Positions 56,666 through 64,000 of a DNA stretch of 64,000 bases are shown here, piece by piece. The stretch lies in IMG/VR virus record IMGVR_UViG_3300037400_003880. One strand, 5' to 3'. Numbering within the stretch: the stretch's first letter is position 1; each line of letters opens with the position of its first letter. This DNA comes from a virus. Its lineage: Duplodnaviria; Heunggongvirae; Uroviricota; Caudoviricetes. Under the pieces are notes generated by a model. The model worked only from the letters and a program-made list of their open reading frames with translations. It was not told where the DNA came from and ran no database searches. The position numbers and the translations under genes were made by a program.

Positions 56666-57775
56666 ATGGCTTGGGATTGGGATGAGACAAAAACCCCTAG
56701 ACTTTCTATTATTAAGATTGGTAATGAAACCTTCTATGTGAAAGATGCTGAAGCACGTGCAGCTATTGATTCTATTACTGCTACTGTCGGCGGTGTAATG
56801 CACTGGAGAGGTATTTCTACTACTGATCCTACTACTGGAACCGTAACTATTGATGGTAAGGTACTTACCCCTGAGGCTGGTGATGTTGTTGGTTATACTA
56901 TTGGTAGTGGAGTTTCCGCAACTCAACTTGAGTATGCTTACAATGGTTCTACCTGGCAAGAATTCGGTTCTACTGGAACGTTAAAGGCACTTGCTTTTAA
57001 GGATAATGCAACTGGTTCTTTTGTTCCTCTTGGTGAAATTACTTCAGCTACATTTACAGGAAATTAGCTGACTTCTACTGGTACCTTTACTCCTGCTGGT
57101 ACTATTTCCGCGGAATTTACTGGGGATACACTTACCTCTACTGGTAACTTTACTCCTGAAGGTTCTGTAAATGTTTTTGCTGTTGAGGCAGGAATAGGTG
57201 ATACTGCAAACTATACTCCTAGTGGTACTGTAGACGGTTCTTTCGTTGGAGCACGAATGACTTCTACTGGAACATTTACCCCGGCAGGTACAATCTCTGC
57301 TCCTACTGTAACTCCGACAACTGGTAGCGTTGCAGAAGTTGACCAAATTAATACTGTAGTTTCTGAAATTCAAAATGCAGTAAAAGCAAGTGCAAATTCT
57401 GCGACTGAAACACTTACATTTACTACTCTTGAAGCTTCTGACATTACAAAAGTTGCAGCTATTACTACTAAGTCTGCAACAGTTCTTACTGATGTAGATG
57501 TTGCCGCACCTACTTTTACAGGAACAGAAGGAAATGTTTCTGTTTCTGGAACTACAGCAGGTTCTCTTCAGGATCTTAGCTTCTCTGGAAATGGGGCGGT
57601 TATTACTGCTACTTTCACAGGAACTCAAGGCAATGTATCCGTTTCTGGAACTCCAGAAGGAACTATTTCCGCAGACTTTACTGGAACTCAGGGCAATGTT
57701 TCCGTAGCTGGAACTCCTACTGGTTCTATTAGTGTTGTTTGGGAAGGTCAAGATACTTCTGTTACTGTTTCTTAA
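56666..57775 (+). CDS. Thr/Gly/Ser-rich repeat fibre or adhesin A (369 aa)
   Basis: One TAG joins track ORFs 56657 and 57257; FTGTxGNVSVxGTPxGTIS repeats. Confidence 0.8.
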
Positions 57776-57794
57776 ACAAATTAAAAAGAATGGT

Positions 57795-57820
57795 GTGTGG
57801 CATTTTAAGAAATGCCACAC
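57795..57820 (+). terminator. Hairpin between the fibre paralogs
   Basis: GTGTGGCATTT-TAAG-AAATGCCACAC. Confidence 0.6.
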
Positions 57821-57849
57821 CCACCTATTATTAAATGAGGTGAATTAAA

Positions 57850-59148
57850 ATGCCAGATAAATATATTTCAAAGGTGACCGCGAATGGCTAGCTTTATAAC
57901 ATTAAGGACGCGAAAGCATGGGCGGATATTGAAGATTTAAAAACAAGTGTCACTGGTGCTATGCACTATATTGGAATAGCTGAGACTGCAATTTCTGATG
58001 GTTCTACCACTAATCCTATTACAATCGGTGGAAAAAGTGTAACTGCAAAGGCAGGAGACGTTGCAATTTATGGAGAATTAGAATTTGTATGGAGTGGCAC
58101 TTCTGGTAAGTGGCAAGAATTTGGTTCAACCGGCTCTCTTAAAGCTCTTGCTTTTAAGGATAGTGCTTCCGGTTCTTATACTCCTGCTGGTACTGTATCT
58201 CAGCCTACCTTCGCTGGTACAGAGGGCGATGTAAGTGTAAATGGAACTGGAACAATTAGTGGTCTTACTTTTACTGGAGATTGGAAAAAGTTTAGTGGTA
58301 CTACTACTGCTACAGGTAATGTAAGCGTATCTACTAAGACCACATCTAATCAAACTGCTACTGTATCTTCTACTACAGGAACAGCAACTTATACTCCTGC
58401 TGGTACAGTATCTCAACCTACTTTTGATAATGGTTCAGTATCTGCATCTGGTGAGTTTACTCCTGAGGGTAGTGTAAATCTTTCAACTACTTCTACTGTT
58501 CTTGAAGTATCTAAGGCAGCAAGTGGCACAGCAACTTATACTCCACAAGGTTCTGTTTCTGCACCTACAATTAGTGTAGCAACTGCCGGCGCGACCACTA
58601 CTGTAAATTCTATTACCGCGGTAGGAACACTTCCTACATGGAACGCAACTGTAGATGAAAACACTGAAACCCTTTCATTCTCTTGGAGTCAAGGAACTCT
58701 TCCTACAAAGGGCGAAAATCAGACTGTAAAGACAGGTGACGCTGCATATAGTGCTTCTCAGCCAAGCTTTACTGGAACAGGCGCAAGACTTACTGCAACT
58801 GCATTTAATCTTCCTACGAGCGCAGACTTCGTTGGAACAGAAGGAAACGTTTCTGTTACAGGTACTGCAACTGGTACAGTTTCTCAGCCTACATTCTCTG
58901 GAACAGGCGTTAGACTTGTTACTGGAAATATCGCTGTTCCTGCTACTTATGAAGCAACCTTTACTGGTACTTCAAGTGATGTTGCTATTACTACTGAAGC
59001 TGCAACCTCTTCTACTGGAAATTATCAGCCTACTGGTACTGTTTCTGAGGGTAGCATTAGTGTTACTGCTGGTGGTAAGTTTACTCCAGAGGGTACTGTA
59101 TCTCAGCCAACCTTCACTGGAACTGCCGCAACAGTTACTGTTTCCTAA
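57850..59148 (+). CDS. Thr/Gly/Ser-rich repeat fibre or adhesin B, paralog of A (432 aa)
   Basis: GAGGTGA RBS; one TAG near the start; shared WQEFGSTGxLKALAFKD; YTPAGTVSQPTF repeats. Confidence 0.82.
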
Positions 59149-59176
59149 TTTATAGAGAATTAAGAAAACTGATTGT

Positions 59177-59205
59177 TTGACTTTTTATAAAAAATTTGCT
59201 ATAAT
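59177..59205 (+). promoter_or_regulatory. sigmaA-type promoter upstream of the DGR cassette
   Basis: TTGACT-17-TATAAT with TG. Confidence 0.82.
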
Positions 59206-59266
59206 TTAATAGTAAAATAAAAGTAGGACTTTGTTTTATGTTCTCTTTAAAAATATAAAAAAAGAG

Positions 59267-59300
59267 AAGGGGATATCAAAAGATTGATATCCCCTTTTTA
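59267..59300 (+). terminator. Strong intrinsic terminator between that promoter and the DGR target gene
   Basis: AAGGGGATATCAA-AAGA-TTGATATCCCCTT then TTTT. Confidence 0.8.
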
Positions 59301-59365
59301 TAAAAATTTTATATTTTTAGATTATATTTTAAATAAGGGAAAAATCTTGAAGAGGAGGGAAGAAA

Positions 59366-60898
59366 ATGGCTAATGAAAAATATATTAGTAAAATTAATGT
59401 TAATGGCGACACTTATGAAGTAAAAGATTCAAAAGCCAATGAAGTTGAAATTACAACAACTGATACAACTCCAACAGATGAAAATGTTGAAATGTGGGTT
59501 AATTTAGGACAAAAACATACGGTGTATATTCCAGAAACTGCAACGGACGTAAGCTATAATAATTCAAAAACTTTACTTGATGCAAATAACCTTCAGGACG
59601 CGATTGATTCAATTGCAGAAGTTATTCACCCTACATTAACAGTTTATGCAGAAAATGGAACTGAACTAACAATTTCAAGAGGAGACATCACTATTGAAGG
59701 AACTGTTGAATCAAATAGCTTTACAACTAATATTCCTCAAAAAGGAGTTTGGAATATTGAAGCGACTTATGATGGTGAAACTAAAGCTACGACGGTAAAT
59801 GTTCAAACTGTAAAAAATTATAAGGTTTATATGCTATAGGCATCAATTTGCGGTGTTGAATGGGGATTTACTGGAAACTCATTAACAAGAACTGATGACA
59901 GTGCTTTATTTACAGACCCAGTTCCATATGTAAATAATGGAGAAACTCCTGGTTCTTCTCCGTTTGATAATCTCTATCCTTGGAGTGAAATGACTATTGT
60001 TACTCACAATGGAAATTCTTTAGTTAAAATACCTAAATTTTGGTATAAGATGGAAAAAACAGCTTCTTCACTTTCAATAAAAATTGCTAGTAAACCAGCC
60101 GAAGGATTTAAAGTAAGTCCCGCCCATAGAGATAGAGGAGAGGGAGAAAAGAATTATGTTTATATTGGAAGATATCATTCAGATTCTACTTATAAGTCTA
60201 CAAGTGGAGTAAAACCAATTAGTAGTATAACTAGAGCTACCGCAAGAGCTAATACCCATGCTCTTGGAGAAGAGTACTGGCAATTAGATATGAGCCTGTG
60301 GATAACTATTTGGTTACTTTATTTGGTTGAGTTTGCAAATTGGAATTCTCAATTAACAATTGGATATGGTTGTGGTGGAGGTTCTAGTGTTGGAAAAGAA
60401 AATTCTGGCTCGACTGATTCAATGCCATATCATACAGGCACAATGCAAACCTCAAGAACAACATATGGAGTTGGAATTCAATATAGATATATTGAAGATC
60501 CATGGGCCAATGTACTTGATTGGGTTGATGGAATTACCTTTAATGGTGCAAACATTTATGCTTATGAAAGTCCAGATCAATATTCTGATAATTATGCTAG
60601 TGAAGGCGCAGTTCTTGTAGGAACTAGACCGACCTCTTCTAATTATATTTAGAATTGGAATATTAGTTCGACTAAAGGTTTTGATTGGTTTATGTACCCT
60701 AGTAGTGTTGGTGGTTCTACAAATCAAGTACCGGATTGCTGCTACTATGGTGCTGGTGGTGTTGTGTTGTTGGTTGGTGGTCACTATTACTACCAGAATG
60801 CGGGCCGCGGGTTGTTCTGCTTGGGCGGTGGCTACGCGGCTTCTGGCTCGTACGGCGACGTTGGCGTGCGACTACAACGTATTCCGAAAAGTAATTAA
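59366..60898 (+). CDS. DGR target protein: fibre/adhesin with C-terminal C-type-lectin-fold (Mtd/FGE-like) variable domain (510 aa, 2 TAG=Gln)
   Basis: Track ORFs 59366, 59990 and 60692 are in one frame; VKIPKFWYK, YIGRY, YRYIEDPWANVLDWVDG; VR at the C-terminus ending GVRL. Confidence 0.9.
60731..60874 (+). repeat. DGR variable repeat (VR)
   Basis: 144-nt copy of 61044-61187 with 24 mismatches, 23 at TR adenines. Confidence 0.96.
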
Positions 60899-60906
60899 AA
60901 ATATTA

Positions 60907-60973
60907 AAAGTGCTCTGCACTTTACATAAAAGACACAGTAAAAAGGTGACATAAGTTTAGTTCTTAACTAAAC
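60907..60973 (+). promoter_or_regulatory. Two short hairpins downstream of VR/IMH (candidate target-recognition cruciforms)
   Basis: AAAGTGC-TCT-GCACTTT (60907-60923) and GTTTAGTT-CTT-AACTAAAC (60955-60973). Confidence 0.6.
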
Positions 60974-61043
60974 GTGGGGATGATTACACAGTCATGTTCA
61001 TGTTTGGTTCTCCTTCTGTTTTATTCTAAAAAAATATGAAAAA

Positions 61044-61187
61044 CCGGATAACTGCAACTATAATGCTGGTGGTGTTGTGTTGTACGTTGGTGGTAACTAT
61101 AACAACCAGAATGCGAACCACGGGTTGTTCTACTTGAACGGTAACAACGCGGCTTCTAACTCGAACGGCAACATTGGCGTGCGACTA
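61044..61187 (+). repeat. DGR template repeat (TR)
   Basis: 14 AAC/AAT codons in the VR frame; diverges from the VR after GGCGTGCGACTA (IMH*). Confidence 0.96.
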
Positions 61188-61320
61188 ATTAATATAAATC
61201 TTCTTAATTTCTTATGTGTAATCATTCGCTCACCACTAGGTGAAGATTATGGAATATAACGTAGCTTAGTAGGTTAATTCTCGAAAAGCTACAATCCATA
61301 TTAATTAAGGAGTTGAAAGA

Positions 61321-62385
61321 ATGAAAAGAGTTGGCTATTTATGGGAAAAATTTTTGGATGATGAAAATATTTTAAAAGCAATAAAGGAAGTAAATAAAAC
61401 GCATAGAACTAGTCACGGAAAAAGAAATTTGGTAGTGAAAAGAGTAGAAGAAAACCTTGAAGATAGTGTTAAAACTTTAAAACAAATTGTTAATAATAAT
61501 TTTATTCCAGCAAAGGCAAAAGAAAGAATAATTTTTGATAACAGTGCATAGAAAGAAAGAGTTATCCATGAGCCGCCATTGTGGCCTGATTAGTATATTC
61601 ATCATATGTTAATATAGGTTCTTGAACCAATAATGATGAGGGGAATGGATTACTGGTGCTGTGCATCTATTAAAGGACGTGGAGTAAAGAGAGGAATTAA
61701 AGGTATTAAAAAATGGATGAAAGATTCTGTTAATACTGCCTATGCAGCAGAATTAGATATTTATCATTTTTATGAAAGTCTTCAGAAAGATGTTGTAATG
61801 AATCGAATGAAAACTTTGATTAAAGATAATAAGATTTTAAATTTTATTAGCGTACTCATTTCCGATGGTATTAGTATTGGAGCATATTTTAGTTAGTGGT
61901 TTGCCAATACTGTTCTTTAGGTTTTAGATAATTTTATTCGATAGAAATTAAAAATTAAGTATTACATTCGTTATATGGACAACTTCACACTTTTTGATAA
62001 AAGTAAAACATATCTTCATTTTTGTATTAAATAGATAAAAATAAAACTTTCTCTTTTAAATTTAAAAATGAAAACGAATTGGTAGATTTTTCCGACAAGT
62101 AAAAGATTAGTTTGTGCATTAGGTTATCGTTATGGAAAAAATTTTTCTTTATTAAGAAAAAGATCTCTTTTCAAACTTAAAAAGCATTTAAAAATAGTTT
62201 ATAAGAAAATTAATAGTAATAAAAGAATAAAAACAAAAGTTGCGGCTGGTCTTATTTCAAGATTTGCACAATTAAAATGGTGTAATAGTTATTAGTTAAC
62301 TCATAAATATATATATGATAATATTATTTTAAAAATGAGAGAGCTAATAGGAAGCAGAAGGAGGCGATTAAATGTTGGATTATAA
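61321..62385 (+). CDS. DGR reverse transcriptase (354 aa, 9 TAG=Gln)
   Basis: RVIHEPPLWPDQYIHH, LDIYHFY, GISIGAYFSQWFAN, YIRYMDNF; directly downstream of the TR. Confidence 0.93.
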
Positions 62386-62728
62386 TTTTGGAAAAATTCA
62401 ATATAATGGAGAAGAATGCCAATTCCTGAGAACTAAGGGAGAAGAAACTTCTTATGAGAATGGAACGTATCAAACTTTTTCTTATTAGGATAATTTTATA
62501 AAAAAAGATGAATCTTGTAAAATTATAAGAACAATTAAGAAAGATAGAGATACAGCGGGAAATTATTATACTTGGTATATCATTGAAGATTACGTTGAAA
62601 AAGTAAATAATTTCCCTGAATATGATTAGAAAATTGAGAAAACAAATGCCGCAATTGATTATCTTTTTATGATGGAAGGATTTGATCCATTAGATAGCGG
62701 AGATGATAATTATGAGTAGAATGTATGA
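62372..62728 (+). CDS. Hypothetical protein after the RT (118 aa; XkdW-like tail-fibre assembly partner?)
   Basis: GGAGG RBS; DRDTAGNYYTWYII; ends TNAAIDYLFMM; precedes XkdX. Confidence 0.6.
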
Positions 62729-62852
62729 AAAAATTAAAGAATACTATGAAAAAGGTTTGTGGTCAGAAGAATGGGTAAGAAATGCTCAGGGAAGATGGTT
62801 AACAGAGGAAGAAGTTCAACAAATTTTAAACGGTGGTGAAAACAATGATTGA
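62712..62852 (+). CDS. xkdX: XkdX-family small phage protein (46 aa)
   Basis: MYEKIKEYYEKGLWSEEWVRNA..RWLTEEEVQQIL. Confidence 0.75.
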   Translation: MSRMYEKIKEYYEKGLWSEEWVRNAQGRWLTEEEVQQILNGGENND

Positions 62853-63489
62853 ACTTAATATGGCAAAGTTTAATGTAAAAAATCCAACAACGGGATAGTT
62901 TGAGCCGCTTGACGGAGCAACTTAGGCAAGAATTCAGTCAGATTGGAATTAGACAAACAATGCAGCAGAAGACTATATTAAGAATAAACCAGTTATTGGC
63001 ACTGCAGCGACAAAGGGTGTTGATACAGAACTTTTGCCTGATAGCGAAAATTTAATTACTTCTGGTGCTGTTTATGATGCTGTTCAAAGTATTACAAGCA
63101 CCACTTATAACAAAACAGAAACAGGCGCTTTGCTTGCCGGAAAAGCCGACCTCGTTGACGGCAAAGTTCCTGCATCACAATTACCCTCTTATGTGGATGA
63201 TGTTCTGGAATATTCAAGCACATCAGCATTTCCTGTAGCTGGCGAAAGCGGAAAGATTTATGTTGCTACTGATACCAACAAAACATATCGTTGGGGCGGT
63301 AGTGCGTATGTAGAGATAAGCGAATCACTGGCGCTCGGTGAAACATCTTCGACAGCATATGCAGGAAACAAAGGAAAAGCAAATGCAGATGCAATTGCAG
63401 CTATTAAGGACGGGACGACTATTGACAGTTTCGCGGATGTTGAAGCAGCCATCGGAGACATAAACACAGTCTTAGAGGAGGTGTTATAA
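62845..63489 (+). CDS. Tail-fibre-related protein (214 aa)
   Basis: QSDWNQT...DYIKNKP (second Q=TAG); KADLVDGKVPASQLPSYVDDVLEY; GKIYVATDTNKTYRWGGSAY. Confidence 0.78.
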
Positions 63490-64000
63490 TGCCAAATACA
63501 ATTGCGCAAAACCTTCAACGATTGCAGACTGCTAAAACAGATATTGCAAATGCTATCACGACGATGGGCGGGACGGTGACAAGTGGTGATGGATTTGAAG
63601 ACTTTCCGGCGGAGATTTTAGGGATTCCAGTTGGTGGAGAAGTAACGATCGACCGAGTGTATTTAACCACATCGGAACCAAGTTCATCTTATAACATTGC
63701 TGTATATAATCCTAGTAACTGCACATTAGGCACTCTTACTAGTGTAGCTAGTTATGCTAGAGTAGTGGCAACAAGATCGAATGTGTTTATAATTCTTCCA
63801 GTAACTATATCTGCAACAGTATCTGGTTATCGTAGCTTAAGAGCAACAGTCTCTTACAATGTTCACAGTTCGCTAGAAACCTTGTACGGATTTGATAAAT
63901 ACTCTAATTATACTTTATATGATTATCGAAAAGAAGAACCATATTATGCTGAAGCCACAGTTACGATGTCAAACTACAATACTATAGAAATGGATTTACC
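63489..64000 (+). CDS. Tail-fibre-associated protein, runs off the window end
   Basis: TAATG overlap; MPNTIAQNLQRLQTAKTDIANAITTMGGTV..; frame open for 170 codons. Confidence 0.7.
   Translation, partial: MPNTIAQNLQRLQTAKTDIANAITTMGGTVTSGDGFEDFPAEILGIPVGGEVTIDRVYLTTSEPSSSYNIAVYNPSNCTLGTLTSVASYARVVATRSNVFIILPVTISATVSGYRSLRATVSYNVHSSLETLYGFDKYSNYTLYDYRKEEPYYAEATVTMSNYNTIEMDL

Noticed and set aside
57044-57820. 258-aa - strand Ser/Cys/Arg-rich ORF (also 58126..58416)
   Set aside because: Antisense shadow of ACT/GGT/TCT-rich repeat codons in the fibre genes.
56666-59148. Possible CRISPR array or DGR repeats in the repeated DNA
   Set aside because: Repeats are in-frame, degenerate at third positions and coding; no constant repeat with unique spacers and no A-specific mismatch pattern.
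60692-61259. Track ORFs 60692..60898, 60681..60929 and 61077..61259 as independent genes
   Set aside because: The first is the C-terminus of the DGR target, the second an alternative frame over the VR, the third the TR read in the VR frame.
1-64000. Suppressor tRNA-CUA, release factor or integrase
   Set aside because: No tRNA-like cloverleaf or T-loop motif, RF or recombinase seen by eye; tRNAscan-SE/ARAGORN and the rest of the genome are needed.

Overview
This is a 64-kb segment of a large, AT-rich, long-tailed phage, probably of an anaerobic gut Firmicute (GGAGG/GAGGTGA ribosome-binding sites, sigmaA-type promoters, HPr homolog, class III RNR). It reads TAG as glutamine (genetic code 15), so the supplied standard-code ORF track fragments most genes. 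Layout: (1) 1-17.9 kb, + strand, tail module: a ~2539-aa tape measure gene split by a LAGLIDADG-carrying group I intron, a Dit-like gene and a ~1964-aa tail-tip/host-specificity gene. (2) 18.0-20.9 kb, + strand, a self-contained six-gene cassette of unknown function. (3) 21-56 kb, - strand, replication and nucleotide metabolism: RuvC-like nuclease, dUTPase, ClpP, dnaE split by two group I introns, RecJ, primase, DnaB, PhoH, Sak4-like ATPase, SSB, GyrA/GyrB, TrxB, NrdG/NrdD, ligase, RNase H, driven by about a dozen near-identical sigmaA promoters. (4) 56-64 kb, + strand: an HPr-like protein lacking His15, two Thr/Gly-repeat fibre paralogs, and a diversity-generating retroelement (target with VR, TR, RT; no visible avd) that the recoding hides. 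I saw no tRNA, CRISPR array or integrase. All coordinates and counts were derived by hand.
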